Shown: positions 39,706 through 55,592 of the stretch, in pieces
How positions within the stretch are numbered: the first letter of the stretch is position 1
Layout of the letters: every line of letters starts with the position of its first letter
Notes under the pieces: model-generated
Database searches by the model: none
Told to the model about the DNA's origin: nothing
Seen by the model: only the letters and a program-made list of their open reading frames with translations
Assembly (NCBI RefSeq): GCF_053078305.1
Contig: NZ_CP166879.1
Length of the DNA: 64,000 bases
Reading direction: 5' to 3' (one strand)
Program-made: the position numbers and the translations under genes

Positions 39706-41613
39706 TCAGCCACCATTTTTTAACGCTTCAAGATACTCCCAGCGTTCAAAGGCTTGCTCCAGCTCCTGCTCTGCAGCAGCCATATCAGCGAGCACTTTTT
39801 GTGTCTGCTCATGCGGCTGACTGAAGAAGGAAGCATCCGCCACCTGCGTCTGTAGGGCTTCCAGCTTCGCCTCCAGATCTTCGAGCAATTGCGGTAGCTG
39901 CTCCAGTTCGCGCTGCAATTTATAGCTTAGTTTGCTACTGCTGCGTTTTACAGTTTCTGCTTTTGGCGCGGCGGCTTCTTCGTTTTTTTTCACCGCAGGC
40001 TGTTTGAGCGCCACATACTGCTCTTGCTGACCACGGGCGTCATGATAACCGCCGACATAACGACCAATTTTACCGCCGCCTTCGAAGATCCAGCATTCTG
40101 TAACGGTGTTATCAACAAACTGACGATCGTGGCTTACCAGCAATACCGTGCCCTGGTAGCTGTCGATCAGTTCTTCCAGCAGCTCCAGCGTTTCGACATC
40201 AAGATCGTTGGTCGGTTCGTCAAGAATCAATAAGTTGCTTGGTTTGAGGAACAAACGCGCCAGCAGCAAGCGGTTCCGCTCACCGCCAGAAAGCGCACGT
40301 ACTGGCGTCATCGCCCGTTTCGGATGGAACAGGAAGTCCTGCAAATAGCCCAAAACGTGGCGTGGCTTGCCGTTAACCATCACCTCTTGCTTACCTTCGG
40401 CAAGGTTATCCATCACCGTTTTATCGGGATCAAGTTCCGCGCGGTGCTGATCGAAATAAGCCACTTCCAGTTTGGTGCCAACGTGAATACGCCCGCTGTC
40501 CGCTTGAAGCTGACCGAGCATCAGTTTCAGCAGCGTGGTTTTGCCGCAGCCATTCGACCCAATCAGGGCAATTTTGTCGCCACGTAGAACCTGGGCAGAA
40601 AAATCTTTCACCAGTTGCTTTCCGTCAACCTGGTAGCAAACGTCTTCCATTTCGAAAACGATCTTACCGGAGCGGCTGGCCTCTTCCACCTGCATCTTTG
40701 CGGTACCCATCACTTCGCGACGTTCGCCACGCTCGCGACGCATCGCTTTCAGGGCGCGTACGCGGCCTTCATTACGGGTACGGCGTGCTTTGATCCCCTG
40801 GCGAATCCACACTTCTTCCTGCGCCAGTTTGCGATCGAACTCGGCATTTTGTAGTTCTTCCACGCGCAGGGCTTCTTCTTTTTCCAGCAGGTACTGATCG
40901 TAATTGCCCGGATAGGTCACCAGCTTGCCGCGATCGAGATCAACAATGCGCGTCGCCATATTGCGGATAAACGAACGGTCGTGGGAGATGAAAATAATCG
41001 TCCCATTGAAGGTTTTAAGGAACCCCTCCAGCCAGTCGATGGTTTCGATATCCAGATGGTTAGTCGGTTCGTCCAGCAGCAATACGCGCGGATTGCTCAC
41101 CAGCGCGCGTCCTAATGCCGCTTTACGCAACCAGCCGCCGGAAAGCGACGACAGCGCAACGTTAGGATCTAACCCCAGTTGCGCCAGCACTTCGTTGATG
41201 CGGTTTTCCAGCTGCCACAGGTTGTGGTGATCCAGCTGTTCCTGAACCTTTGCCAGTTCGTTGAGATTTTTCTCGCTCGGGTCGTTCATCACCAGGCGCG
41301 AAATATCGTGATAGCGTTTCAGGTATTCCGCTTGTTCTTCAATGCCTTCGGCAACGAAATCATAAACACTACCCTCAACGTTACGCGGCGGATCCTGTTG
41401 CAGACGCGCTACAATCAAATCCTGCTCGTAAATAATGCGACCGTCATCCAGCCCTTGTTCACGGTTGAGGATTTTCATTAACGTCGATTTGCCTGCGCCG
41501 TTGCGGCCCACCAGACAAACACGTTCGTTATCTTCGATATGCAGTTCTGCGTTATCGAGAAGCGGCGCGTCGCTGAACGACAGCCATGCGCCATGCATAC
41601 TGATTAATGACAT
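39706..41613 (-). CDS. uup: ABC-F ATPase Uup
   Basis: 635-aa ORF with two ABC cassettes and C-terminal coiled coil. Confidence 0.95.
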   Translation of the reverse strand: MSLISMHGAWLSFSDAPLLDNAELHIEDNERVCLVGRNGAGKSTLMKILNREQGLDDGRIIYEQDLIVARLQQDPPRNVEGSVYDFVAEGIEEQAEYLKRYHDISRLVMNDPSEKNLNELAKVQEQLDHHNLWQLENRINEVLAQLGLDPNVALSSLSGGWLRKAALGRALVSNPRVLLLDEPTNHLDIETIDWLEGFLKTFNGTIIFISHDRSFIRNMATRIVDLDRGKLVTYPGNYDQYLLEKEEALRVEELQNAEFDRKLAQEEVWIRQGIKARRTRNEGRVRALKAMRRERGERREVMGTAKMQVEEASRSGKIVFEMEDVCYQVDGKQLVKDFSAQVLRGDKIALIGSNGCGKTTLLKLMLGQLQADSGRIHVGTKLEVAYFDQHRAELDPDKTVMDNLAEGKQEVMVNGKPRHVLGYLQDFLFHPKRAMTPVRALSGGERNRLLLARLFLKPSNLLILDEPTNDLDVETLELLEELIDSYQGTVLLVSHDRQFVDNTVTECWIFEGGGKIGRYVGGYHDARGQQEQYVALKQPAVKKNEEAAAPKAETVKRSSSKLSYKLQRELEQLPQLLEDLEAKLEALQTQVADASFFSQPHEQTQKVLADMAAAEQELEQAFERWEYLEALKNGG

Positions 41614-41624
41614 TACTATTCCTT

Positions 41625-43733
41625 TCAGGCTGCGGTAATCAGCCAGCAGTTGTGGATCTGGCGGTTACGGGCGAAATCCTGGGAGAGCGTTTTTTGCGTA
41701 ATTTCTTGTGCTTTCAGTCCCAGTTTTGCCAGGCCGTCGAGATCCATACGGAAGCCACGTTTGTTGTTCGAGAACATGATCGTCCCACCTGCACGCAGCA
41801 GACGTTTCAAATCTTTCATCAGCGCCAGATGATCGCGCTGAACATCAAACGCATCTTCCATTCGTTTTGAGTTAGAGAAGGTTGGCGGATCGATAAAGAT
41901 CAGATCGAACTGTTCATTTGCCTCACGCAGCCACGCCAGGCAATCGGCCTGAATCAGGCGATGCGCACGCCCGGTCAGGCCATTCAGACGCAGGTTGCGT
42001 TCTGCCCATTCCAGATAAGTACGCGACATATCCACGGTGGTGGTGCTGCGTGCACCGCCTAATCCCGCATGCACGGTGGCGCTGCCGGTATAAGAAAACA
42101 GGTTGAGGAAATCTTTGCCTTTGCTCATCTGACCGAGCATACGGCGGGCGATACGGTGATCGAGGAACAGACCAGTATCGAGATAATCCGTCAGGTTCAC
42201 CCACAAGTGAGCGTTATATTCGGTAACTTCAAGAAACTCGCCCTTCTCGCCCAGTTTCTGGTACTGGTTTTTGCCCTTCTGGCGTTCACGGGTTTTCAGC
42301 ACCAGTTTGTTTGGCGCAATCCCCAGTACCGAAATGGTTGCAGCGATAATATCGAACAGACGCTGACGCGCTTTGTGCGCATCAATAGTTTTTGGCGGTG
42401 CATACTCCTGCACCACCACCCAGTCGGCATAACGGTCAACGGCAACGTTATATTCCGGCAGATCGGCGTCATACAGGCGGTAACATTCAATTCCTTCCTG
42501 GCGAGCCCACTTCTCGAATTTTTTGAGGTTCTTACGCAGGCGGTTGGCGTAATCTTCCGCTACCATCGCCGGTTTGCTGTCTGGAGTGCTTTCGGCAACG
42601 TGGTAATTTTTCTGTACGCAGTCCAGCGGGCCGTTTTTCGCCTTGTACTGTTTGTCTGCACGCAGCTGCAAGCAGCTTAGCAGATCCGGCGAGGCACTAA
42701 ACAAAGAGAGATTCCAGCCACCAAACTGGTTTTTCATGATCCGACCCAGCAGGCTATGCAGCGCAATCAGCGCCGGTTCGCTGTCCAGACGTTCCCCGTA
42801 TGGCGGGTTGCTCAACACTGTGCCGTACGGCCCTTTCGGCAGCGGATTGGTCAGTTGCGCGACATCTTTCACCTCAAAGGTGATCAGTTCACCAATCCCC
42901 GCAAGACGGGCGTTAGTGCGCGCACGTTGAATCACCCGTGCGTCGCTGTCCGAACCGTAAAAATGAGAGCTATACTCAGCCAGGCCTTTACGGGCGCGAG
43001 TTTGCGCTTCTGCTTTCACTTCCTGCCAGATAGCTTCATCATGCTGCGCCCAGCCGCTAAAGCCCCAACGCCCACGGTGCAAGCCTGGTGCGCGATCGGT
43101 CGCCAGCATCGCCGCTTCAATCAGCAACGTACCGGAACCACACATCGGATCGAGCAGCGGTGTTCCTGGCTGCCAGCCGGATCGCATCACAATAGCGGCT
43201 GCCAGGGTTTCTTTGATCGGAGCAATACCAGCACGATCGCGATAGCCACGCAGATGTAAACCATCACCACTCAGATCAAGAGCGATACTGGCGGTTTCTT
43301 TATGCAGCCAGACGTTAACGCGGATATCCGGCGCATCGCGATCAACATTTGGACGCGGCAGATTTTTCCGCGTGAAAGCATTGACGATTGCGTCTTTCAC
43401 TTTCATCGCGCCGTACTGACTGTTGCGGATTGTGTCATTCAAACCACTGAAGTGGACAGCGAAGGTCGCGCCAGGATTAAACATCTCTGTCCAGTTGATC
43501 GCCTGAACACCGAGATAGAGGTCTAAATCGCTGTAAACCTTACACTCGCCCAGCGGCAACATAATACGCGAGGCCAGGCGGCTCCACATCAGGCTCTGGT
43601 AAACAAGCCGTGTGTCGCCCTTGAAATGGACCCCACCCTGAACCACCTGGCATTCAACGGCCCCCAGGTTTTCCAGTTCAGTTTTTAACAGCTCTTCCAG
43701 CCCACGGGCCGTACTGGCAAACAGAGAATTCAT
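41625..43733 (-). CDS. rlmL: 23S rRNA m2G2445/m7G2069 methyltransferase RlmKL
   Basis: 702-aa [28 protein letters not shown]... Confidence 0.95.
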   Translation of the reverse strand: MNSLFASTARGLEELLKTELENLGAVECQVVQGGVHFKGDTRLVYQSLMWSRLASRIMLPLGECKVYSDLDLYLGVQAINWTEMFNPGATFAVHFSGLNDTIRNSQYGAMKVKDAIVNAFTRKNLPRPNVDRDAPDIRVNVWLHKETASIALDLSGDGLHLRGYRDRAGIAPIKETLAAAIVMRSGWQPGTPLLDPMCGSGTLLIEAAMLATDRAPGLHRGRWGFSGWAQHDEAIWQEVKAEAQTRARKGLAEYSSHFYGSDSDARVIQRARTNARLAGIGELITFEVKDVAQLTNPLPKGPYGTVLSNPPYGERLDSEPALIALHSLLGRIMKNQFGGWNLSLFSASPDLLSCLQLRADKQYKAKNGPLDCVQKNYHVAESTPDSKPAMVAEDYANRLRKNLKKFEKWARQEGIECYRLYDADLPEYNVAVDRYADWVVVQEYAPPKTIDAHKARQRLFDIIAATISVLGIAPNKLVLKTRERQKGKNQYQKLGEKGEFLEVTEYNAHLWVNLTDYLDTGLFLDHRIARRMLGQMSKGKDFLNLFSYTGSATVHAGLGGARSTTTVDMSRTYLEWAERNLRLNGLTGRAHRLIQADCLAWLREANEQFDLIFIDPPTFSNSKRMEDAFDVQRDHLALMKDLKRLLRAGGTIMFSNNKRGFRMDLDGLAKLGLKAQEITQKTLSQDFARNRQIHNCWLITAA

Positions 43734-43976
43734 ATCGTCACTTTTACTCTAAGAGCCTACCGCAGTAGGCGTAATTGTTGCAGTCAGTCTGGACATGGAC
43801 AGCGCGGAGAAACCGGAGCGTACACAAGTACGTGAGGATTTCGAGCACAACCCAGGGCCAAACTGACAAATAAAATAGCCTAATGGGACAGGCGCTAAGA
43901 AAATTGTTGCGCATTATAGCTAATAAGCGCGTCATGTCATAAAGTTGAGGGCTTATTTTCATTTGAGGACCACACC

Positions 43977-45086
43977 GTGGCGACATTAACCCGGCTTTTT
44001 ATTCATCCTGTTAAATCGATGCGCGGCATTGGTCTTACACATGCTCTGGCTGATGTCAGTGGTCTGGCCTTCGATCGCATCTTTATGATCACGGAACCTG
44101 ACGGTACGTTTATTACCGCTCGCCAGTTTCCCCAGATGGTACGGTTTACTCCTTCACCTGTGCATGATGGCTTGCATCTCACCGCACCAGATGGCAGTAG
44201 CGCATATGTTCGTTTTGCTGATTTCGCCACACAAGACGCACCAACCGAAGTTTGGGGCACACATTTTACCGCGCGAATTGCGCCAGAAGCGATCAACAAA
44301 TGGTTAAGTGGATTTTTCTCCCGCGAAGTGCAATTACGCTGGGTGGGGCCACAAATGACCCGGCGCGTGAAACGCCACAACACTGTACCCCTGTCATTTG
44401 CTGATGGCTATCCTTACCTTCTTGCTAACGAAGCCTCGTTACGTGATCTCCAACAACGTTGTCCGGCCAGTGTAAAAATGGAGCAATTCCGCCCCAATCT
44501 GGTGGTTTCCGGCGCGTCAGCCTGGGAAGAAGATAGTTGGAAAGTGATTCGCATTGGTGATGTGGTGTTTGATGTGGTTAAACCTTGTAGCCGCTGTATT
44601 TTCACCACCGTCAGCCCAGAAAAAGGGCAAAAACATCCGGCAGGCGAACCATTAAAAACATTGCAATCTTTCCGCACTGCCCAGGATAACGGCGATGTCG
44701 ATTTTGGTCAGAATTTAATTGCCCGTAATAGCGGCGTGATTCGCGTTGGCGATGAGGTGGAAATTCTGACAACGGCTCCGGCAAAAATTTACGGCGCAGC
44801 TGCCGCTGATGATACTGCCAACATCACGCAACAACCGGACGCCAATGTAGATATTGACTGGCAGGGACAGGCATTTCGTGGAAATAACCAACAGGTGTTG
44901 CTGGAGCAATTAGAAAATCAGGGAATTCGTATCCCTTATTCTTGCCGCGCGGGCATTTGTGGAAGTTGCCGTGTTCAGCTTTTAGAAGGCGAAGTCACGC
45001 CGCTGAAAAAATCAGCAATGGGCGATGATGGCACCATTCTTTGCTGTAGCTGTGTACCGAAGACTGCACTTAAGTTGGCGCGTTAG
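43977..45086 (+). CDS. ycbX: MOSC-domain 2Fe-2S protein YcbX
   Basis: 369-aa ORF; C-terminal ferredoxin Cys cluster. Confidence 0.93.
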   Translation: MATLTRLFIHPVKSMRGIGLTHALADVSGLAFDRIFMITEPDGTFITARQFPQMVRFTPSPVHDGLHLTAPDGSSAYVRFADFATQDAPTEVWGTHFTARIAPEAINKWLSGFFSREVQLRWVGPQMTRRVKRHNTVPLSFADGYPYLLANEASLRDLQQRCPASVKMEQFRPNLVVSGASAWEEDSWKVIRIGDVVFDVVKPCSRCIFTTVSPEKGQKHPAGEPLKTLQSFRTAQDNGDVDFGQNLIARNSGVIRVGDEVEILTTAPAKIYGAAAADDTANITQQPDANVDIDWQGQAFRGNNQQVLLEQLENQGIRIPYSCRAGICGSCRVQLLEGEVTPLKKSAMGDDGTILCCSCVPKTALKLAR

Positions 45087-45625
45087 GCTGCCTGTTCGAG
45101 GCTGAAGCTGTCAACATTAACCTGCGGTTTCAGCCTGTCGTTCATGATTTTAATGGCGTCGCCCAACTGCATCGCGCGACCCGCAATAACAACGCAGGGT
45201 TGTGCCAGCAGGCATAGCGCGGCATTCTCGCCAGATTCAACGACCAGTAAATTCACTTGCTCGTTAGTGTCGCTCAACCAAACGCAGGCCGCATCCCCCG
45301 GCATGGGCACCCACATTTCACCATGGGAAACAAAATGCCAGCTTTTCGGCATTTGCGGTTTGAGATAGCGAATTGCTACCAGTGCATTCAGCACCAGTTC
45401 GGCTTTTTGTTCTTTAGATAAATTAAAATCGCGGCACTTTTCTTCAAAAGAGAAATAGAGCGCGGCGTCGTCAACGCAAAAGCCTGCGGGAGAAAAGGCA
45501 TCTGGAGTCAACATTTTGCGCGCAAAACGTGAGCGAAATAGCATACCATTGGCTAAATCGAGCATCATTCGATCGTGCTCTTCATCGTAATACCAACGCC
45601 AGTTATCGTCTGGTTTAATTCGCAT
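45083..45625 (-). CDS. zapC: Cell division protein ZapC
   Basis: 180-aa product [27 protein letters not shown]... Confidence 0.93.
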   Translation of the reverse strand: MRIKPDDNWRWYYDEEHDRMMLDLANGMLFRSRFARKMLTPDAFSPAGFCVDDAALYFSFEEKCRDFNLSKEQKAELVLNALVAIRYLKPQMPKSWHFVSHGEMWVPMPGDAACVWLSDTNEQVNLLVVESGENAALCLLAQPCVVIAGRAMQLGDAIKIMNDRLKPQVNVDSFSLEQAA

Positions 45626-45798
45626 CTGCCTCTCCCCAACCTTATAAAACCGCAGCAACACAATCCATTGTCGCTTCGCTTAATAACCTCAACAATAAAA
45701 GTACAAAATGTCTAAATAAGCAACAGTGATGAATATAAAACAACCAGGGCTGAAAATAAAGCCCTGATTATCTTATAAAGAGGAATTCGAAGAAATAA

Positions 45799-46809
45799 TT
45801 AGATATGGGTAACGATTTCTTTAATCAGCGGCGGACCTTTAAAAATAAAACCAGAATAAATTTGCACCAGTGAGGCACCCGCAGCAATCTTTTCACGCGC
45901 AGCGATAACCGAGTCGATGCCGCCAACACCGATGATCGGTAAGCGACCGTTTAATTCCAGTGACAAGCGGCGAATAATTTCGGTGCTTTTTAACTGAAGC
46001 GGACGACCACTTAAGCCACCGGTTTGATCGCAATTTTTCATTCCCTGAACCAGAGAACGATCGAGTGTGGTATTGGTGGCAATCACGCCATCAATATTAT
46101 GGCGAACTAAACTATCGGCAACCTGGATCAATTCTTCTTCAGAAAGATCCGGCGCGATCTTCACTGCGATCGGCACATATTTATGGTGCATCGCTTGCAA
46201 ATCATTTTGTTTATTTTTAATCGCAGTTAAGAGATCATCCAGCGCTTCACCATATTGCAGTGTGCGTAATCCTGGGGTATTTGGCGATGAAATATTGATG
46301 GCGATATATCCCGCATAGGCATAGATTTTTTCCATACAAATCAGATAGTCATCTTTGCCCTGCTCTACTGGCGTATCTTTATTTTTGCCGATGTTAATAC
46401 CCAGGACGCCGTCATAATGGGCTTTTTTTACGTTCTCTACGAGGTTATCAACGCCAAGATTATTAAAGCCCATACGGTTGATCAAACCTTCGGCATCTAC
46501 CAGACGAAAGAGACGCGGCTTGTCATTACCTGGCTGTGGACGTGGCGTGACGGTACCGATCTCGATCGATCCAAATCCCATCGCGCCTAACGCGTCAATG
46601 CACTCCCCGTCTTTATCAAGACCGGCTGCCAGACCAAGCGGATTTTTAAACGTCAGGCCCATGCAGTTAACAGGTTTCGCAGGCACTTTCTGCCGCACCA
46701 GTGCTTCAAACGGTGTTCCGGTAATGCGGCGTAATTGCTGAAAAGTAAACTCATGAGCGCGCTCTGGATCGAGCTGGAAAAGGGCTTTACGAACGAAGGG
46801 GTAGTACAT
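45799..46809 (-). CDS. pyrD: Dihydroorotate dehydrogenase (quinone)
   Basis: 336-aa product [23 protein letters not shown]... Confidence 0.97.
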
Positions 46810-46919
46810 GAACTCTCCTGGATTCCCGGTGTGCAAACCGGGGGCGTATTATGTGCGAGTTCGGACCAAAAGGGAATTGACCTGCGGCAAAAAAAACGCA
46901 AACGTTTTCCGAACCTGTT

Positions 46920-47630
46920 TCAGGGCAGATTTTGCTCGTTCTTTGCACTCAACCCGCCGTAATCATTTATCGCCCGCCAGGCAACATGACACGGTGCTAT
47001 TGCCTGACACCAGCTTGTCTGACGCTGGCTTTTAGGCGGCACAACTCCCACATTACTTAACGCTTTACCATTTACGCTCACCTGAATCAGGTTAATGTAA
47101 TAAGGCGTTGGGTTAGTGAGTTGTACACCCTGCGAATTCCGTATCCAGCGTAATTGTTGATAAGCTTCCAGCGGGTCGCCCGGCAAACCTTCGGGTCGCC
47201 AGAACAGTTTAAATACCGAGCGCATCGCCACTTTTACGCTCTGATTTTCAACTTTGCCGGATGGCACGCTGGCAATGCTTAACTCAAATAGCGTTTCGCG
47301 ATCCACTGGCAAGATGTCGCTTTCCGTTCTCAGCAAGCGCAACGTGCCTGTCGTACCGGGCTTCAGGAGAATAAGTGGCGGAGCGGCCAGTAATGGTGCT
47401 GGCACTGTCGACACTTCACCCCCGGCCCAACGCGTTGGGCGGTTGATTTTACTGTTAATAAGCCAGGATTCCTGACTGGTATTAGTCAGTAAAATAGATA
47501 TCGATTCTCTGTCTGCCGGAAAGATAAATCGCGTTCCGCCGACCACCACTCCTGCCTGCAATTCACCCGCCACCAGCAGCGATAAAACGGCGAAAATCAA
47601 GAGCGCCAATCTGTTCCACGTATTAGTCAT
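46920..47630 (-). CDS. ycbF: Fimbrial chaperone YcbF
   Basis: PapD-like chaperone ORF; start set at MTNTWNRLALL. Confidence 0.88.
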   Translation of the reverse strand: MTNTWNRLALLIFAVLSLLVAGELQAGVVVGGTRFIFPADRESISILLTNTSQESWLINSKINRPTRWAGGEVSTVPAPLLAAPPLILLKPGTTGTLRLLRTESDILPVDRETLFELSIASVPSGKVENQSVKVAMRSVFKLFWRPEGLPGDPLEAYQQLRWIRNSQGVQLTNPTPYYINLIQVSVNGKALSNVGVVPPKSQRQTSWCQAIAPCHVAWRAINDYGGLSAKNEQNLP

Positions 47631-48138
47631 AATGAAGTACAAATGTCGCGCTGGCATTCACTTTACCCGACTGCACATCGCTATTGACAGGTCGCAATTG
47701 CGCATAAAAAGTTAATGGCACCTTACCGCTATGTAGGCTGTAGTCTTTACTCGCCTGGTTAAGCGGAATCAATATCTTCGCATCATCCAGAATCGCAATT
47801 GCCAGCCCGCTGGCTGCATCCGTACCACTTTCAATGGACAACATTTCGCTCTGCACTCCGTCGGGGGTTCCTGAAAAGGTGACGTCAACCGTGCTGACAT
47901 CTGTTCCGCAATCCTGCAAATTAATGATGAAAGATTTCTCCGGGCCATAATTCCCATGAGAAAAACGTGTCAGTGAGACATCGCCTAACTGCACATTGAT
48001 TTGCTTGCTATCCTGTGCCAGCACGCATGTATTACGGCGAAACGATCCGCTAATGTTGACCGTGCCATCATGGGCAAATAGCTCACAGCCCCCCGTTAAT
48101 CCCAGTAAGAACAGAATCCAGATTATCCGTTTCAACAT
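47623..48138 (-). CDS. ycbV: Fimbrial-like protein YcbV
   Basis: 171-aa product MLKRIIWILFLLGLTGG... Confidence 0.88.
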   Translation of the reverse strand: MLKRIIWILFLLGLTGGCELFAHDGTVNISGSFRRNTCVLAQDSKQINVQLGDVSLTRFSHGNYGPEKSFIINLQDCGTDVSTVDVTFSGTPDGVQSEMLSIESGTDAASGLAIAILDDAKILIPLNQASKDYSLHSGKVPLTFYAQLRPVNSDVQSGKVNASATFVLHYD

Positions 48139-48145
48139 CACTCCT

Positions 48146-48688
48146 TCACTGGTAAACCAGATCAAAATAGAGAACCGCCGTCGCATTACCGCCCGTTGCT
48201 CCCGCCTTTGTGGACTTATAACGAAGTTGATATTTGAGTGTGTTATCCCCGGCTTTTAAGGGCGTAAGAGGCTGGACCTGATTGAGCGGGATTTCTTGCT
48301 GACTTTGCGCATCAAGAATTTGCACGGCAATCCCCGTTGCCATACCACCGCTTCCGCCTGTGTCAGTTAGTTTGAGCAGTGTCGGCGCAAGGGTGTCAGC
48401 CTCGCCGCTAAAAAGGACGTCCGCGCCAGTAATACCAGCGGCACAACCGGTGATATCGATATTCAAATCAGCAGCAGTGCTTACGGTATTCGCGGCCTGA
48501 AAATCACTGATATTAAAATCGCCAATATGAATATTTTGTAATGCACTTTTGGTGGCGACATCACAGCCCTGATCGACCACATTCCCATAAATATGCATAC
48601 TAACTTGTTCAGGCCCAGCCATCCCGACATGGATGTTAAGAATGCTAAAGAACAAGATAACGCACTGAAATATCGTTTTTTTCTTCAT
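48146..48688 (-). CDS. ycbU: Fimbrial-like protein YcbU
   Basis: 180-aa ORF with signal peptide. Confidence 0.88.
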   Translation of the reverse strand: MKKKTIFQCVILFFSILNIHVGMAGPEQVSMHIYGNVVDQGCDVATKSALQNIHIGDFNISDFQAANTVSTAADLNIDITGCAAGITGADVLFSGEADTLAPTLLKLTDTGGSGGMATGIAVQILDAQSQQEIPLNQVQPLTPLKAGDNTLKYQLRYKSTKAGATGGNATAVLYFDLVYQ

Positions 48689-48699
48689 ACGTTCACGCG

Positions 48700-52361
<3,662 letters not shown>

Positions 52362-52385
52362 CTCGCTCTCTTAACTGAAGACGAA

Positions 52386-53087
52386 TTACGATTTACAGTT
52401 GAGTTGCGGCGTTTCCGCCCCGTAGTCATTGATGGTTCGATACGTTACGCTGCTATTTTTGGCACCCTTTGGCAGAGAGAATTGGTATTTATCAAAGGGG
52501 GAAATCATTTGATTTTTAACTACCTTTCCACCTATTTTCAGGTCTGTCAGGGTAATGAAATAAGGTGTTGGGTTACTGACCGTAACCATGTCAGCTGACG
52601 AAGTGCAACGCAGTTTCGCCGGTGCCTCGCCTAAGGGATACGCTAAACCTTTTGGTCGCCAGAAAAGTTTGATGACGCTTTGTGTGGCAATCTTCAGGGT
52701 ATTGCCTTCTTCCCGCTTCGTTGTTGAAGGGACTGCCCGTACGCTAGTGAAGAAAAGAGTTTCTCTGTCTTTCGCCAACGGCGCACCAATGTACATAATG
52801 CGTAACAGATTCTCATTAGCCGGATTCAGCACAAATAGCGGTGGTGTAATAATAAAGTCTGCTGATTTTTTATTATCTGGGGTCATCACCCATGACTGAA
52901 TAAGATAAGGAACATCCGGACTGGTGTTACGTACACCCAGTGAAATTTGCTCTTCACCTTCTGAATAAACAAGACGTGTTGCTGCAAGTCCAACCCCGCC
53001 TTTACCTGCCGCCCATGTGGACGAACAGCTGAGTAATATTGCCGTTAAACTTACGGTCACAATTCCCTTTGTTATGCAAGTTTTCAT
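52386..53087 (-). CDS. elfD: Fimbrial chaperone ElfD
   Basis: 233-aa PapD-like chaperone ORF. Confidence 0.92.
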   Translation of the reverse strand: MKTCITKGIVTVSLTAILLSCSSTWAAGKGGVGLAATRLVYSEGEEQISLGVRNTSPDVPYLIQSWVMTPDNKKSADFIITPPLFVLNPANENLLRIMYIGAPLAKDRETLFFTSVRAVPSTTKREEGNTLKIATQSVIKLFWRPKGLAYPLGEAPAKLRCTSSADMVTVSNPTPYFITLTDLKIGGKVVKNQMISPFDKYQFSLPKGAKNSSVTYRTINDYGAETPQLNCKS

Positions 53088-53169
53088 AAATAGTCACTCT
53101 TAAAAAATATGAATATCCCCTCCAGAACACTGGAGGGGTACTAATTAATAAAACAATTAATGAGTTCTA

Positions 53170-53709
53170 TTAATAATAGTTAATATGGAAATTTGTTACC
53201 GCATTCACATTACCAGAAGTCGCTTTCCCCGTAGCGATATAATCAACTTTAAAAGTCAACGTCTGATCTCCATCTTGCAACAAAATGTTCCCGGTTTCTG
53301 TGTCTGGCTTGATGGCCGTTGTACCATCATTCATATACATTTGCAGGGCCACGTTTGTAGCAGCATCAGATGAGGCCTGGTTAGCAAACGCTGTAATCTG
53401 AGTAGTATCCGCAGTGCCATTAAAGGTGAACGTTGCATTTTTTGTTACGGTAGTATCACAATCTTTTAATTCAATTGGCACATCAGTTTGCACGCCAGAA
53501 ACCTGACCATTGGTTTGCAACTTCGTGGCACTAACATCTGGCAAAGTCACCACGGAATCTTTCGTCGCAGCTACCAGGGTACAAGCTGGAGCAATAACTT
53601 TACCATTAAATGTTACCGAGCCATCCGTGATAGCATTATCATCAGCAGCCATAACGCTGGACGTTGCACATACCACAGTTATAAACGCCGTCAATACACT
53701 TTTTTTCAT
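53170..53709 (-). CDS. elfA: Major fimbrial subunit ElfA
   Basis: 179-aa product MKKSVLTAFITVVCATSSVMA... Confidence 0.92.
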   Translation of the reverse strand: MKKSVLTAFITVVCATSSVMAADDNAITDGSVTFNGKVIAPACTLVAATKDSVVTLPDVSATKLQTNGQVSGVQTDVPIELKDCDTTVTKNATFTFNGTADTTQITAFANQASSDAATNVALQMYMNDGTTAIKPDTETGNILLQDGDQTLTFKVDYIATGKATSGNVNAVTNFHINYY

Positions 53710-54064
53710 CGTTATCATCCTGATCTCTTCGTAAATATGATAATGCCTTTAAATGACATCAGACTTAATAATAACAATAATTGTCCGCCATTTAAATCAA
53801 GCATACTAAATCCAATAAGTGACAAATCTTTAATTTATAGATTTCATGAATATTTAAATATTACCTGAACGAGTAATTCATTGATTCAACATCTAATGAC
53901 TATCCAATAAATAAATATGCGTGATATATAAAACCCTTTCTTTAGTTTATTTTCAGAAAAAGATACACAAAATTTATATTTGGCATTTTCTTGTCTCTCC
54001 GACAGACTGAGCGAATTGTTATCAATGTTAACAAAACAAGAACAATTGGTTATAAGGAGAGAGT

Positions 54065-54640
54065 ATGCGTGTCATCACCCTGGCGGGTAGTCCTCGCTTT
54101 CCTTCTCGCTCCAGCTCCTTGCTGGAATATGCGCGGGAAAAACTAAATGGCCTGGATGTTGAGGTTTATCACTGGAATCTGCAAAACTTCGCCGCGGAAG
54201 ATCTGCTTTATGCTCGTTTCGATAGTCCGGCACTCCATACCTTCACCGAACAGTTGCAACAGGCTGACGGGCTGATTGTCGCCACGCCTGTATATAAAGC
54301 CGCCTATTCCGGTGCGCTGAAAACCCTGCTCGACCTGCTGCCAGAACGTGCGTTGCAAGGCAAAGTGGTGCTACCGCTGGCGACGGGCGGTTCGGTGGCC
54401 CATCTGCTGGCGGTCGATTATGCCCTTAAGCCAGTTTTAAGTGCGCTGAAAGCCCAGGAGATCCTGCACGGCGTGTTTGCCGATGACTCGCAGGTGATTG
54501 ATTACCATCACAAACCCCAGTTCACGCCGAATTTACAAACCCGTCTTGATACCGCGCTAGAAACTTTCTGGCAGGCATTGCACCGCCGCGATGTTCAGGT
54601 TCCTGATCTTCATTCTCTGCGAGGTAATGCCCATGCGTAA
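54065..54640 (+). CDS. ssuE: NADPH-dependent FMN reductase SsuE
   Basis: 191-aa [20 protein letters not shown]... Confidence 0.95.
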   Translation: MRVITLAGSPRFPSRSSSLLEYAREKLNGLDVEVYHWNLQNFAAEDLLYARFDSPALHTFTEQLQQADGLIVATPVYKAAYSGALKTLLDLLPERALQGKVVLPLATGGSVAHLLAVDYALKPVLSALKAQEILHGVFADDSQVIDYHHKPQFTPNLQTRLDTALETFWQALHRRDVQVPDLHSLRGNAHA

Positions 54641-55592
54641 CATCATTAAACTGGCGCTGGTGGGATTGCTTAGCGTCTCTACACACGCGGTTGCTGCAGA
54701 GTCTTCGCCAGAGGCGTTAAGGATTGGCTATCAGAAAAGCAACATCAGTTCGGTGCTGGCGAAAAATTACCAAATGCTGGAAAAACGCTATCCGCAAACA
54801 AAAATCTCGTGGGTGGAGTTCCCCGCTGGCCCGCAAATGCTTGAGGCGTTAAACGTTGGCAGTATTGATCTCGGCAGTACCGGGGATATTCCGCCAATCT
54901 TCGCCCAGGCTGCCGGGGCTGATTTGCTGTACGTGGGCGTCGAGCCGCCGAAGCCAAAAGCCGAGGTGATTCTGGTGGCAGAAAACAGCCCGATCAAAAC
55001 CGCAGCCGATCTTAAAGGCCACAAAGTTGCGTTCCAGAAAGGTTCCAGTTCACACAATCTTTTACTGCGCGCACTACGCCAGGCCGGACTTAAGTTTACT
55101 GACATCCAGCCCACTTATCTGACGCCAGCTGATGCCCGCGCCGCGTTCCAGCAAGGTAACGTTGACGCCTGGGTTATCTGGGATCCCTACTACTCCGCTG
55201 CATTATTACAGGGCGGCGTGCGGGTGTTGAAAGACGGCACCGATCTCAATCAAACCGGATCGTTTTATCTGGCAGCTCGCCCCTATGCAGAAAAAAACGG
55301 CGCTTTTATTCAGGGTGTACTGGCAACCTTTAGTGAGGCCGATGCGTTAACCCGCAGCCAGCGCGAGCAAAGCATCGCTTTACTGGCAAAAACGATGGGC
55401 TTACCGGCACCGGTGATTGCCTCTTACTTAGATCATCGCCCTCCTACCACCATCAAACCGGTTAACGCCGAGGTTGCCGCCTTACAGCAGCAAACGGCAG
55501 ATCTGTTTTATGAAAATCGTCTGGTGCCGAAAAAAGTCGATATTCGCCAACGCATCTGGCAGCCCACTCAACTGGAAGGAAAACAATTATGA
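54633..55592 (+). CDS. ssuA: Aliphatic sulfonate ABC transporter periplasmic binding protein SsuA
   Basis: 319-aa product [21 protein letters not shown]... Confidence 0.95.
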   Translation: MRNIIKLALVGLLSVSTHAVAAESSPEALRIGYQKSNISSVLAKNYQMLEKRYPQTKISWVEFPAGPQMLEALNVGSIDLGSTGDIPPIFAQAAGADLLYVGVEPPKPKAEVILVAENSPIKTAADLKGHKVAFQKGSSSHNLLLRALRQAGLKFTDIQPTYLTPADARAAFQQGNVDAWVIWDPYYSAALLQGGVRVLKDGTDLNQTGSFYLAARPYAEKNGAFIQGVLATFSEADALTRSQREQSIALLAKTMGLPAPVIASYLDHRPPTTIKPVNAEVAALQQQTADLFYENRLVPKKVDIRQRIWQPTQLEGKQL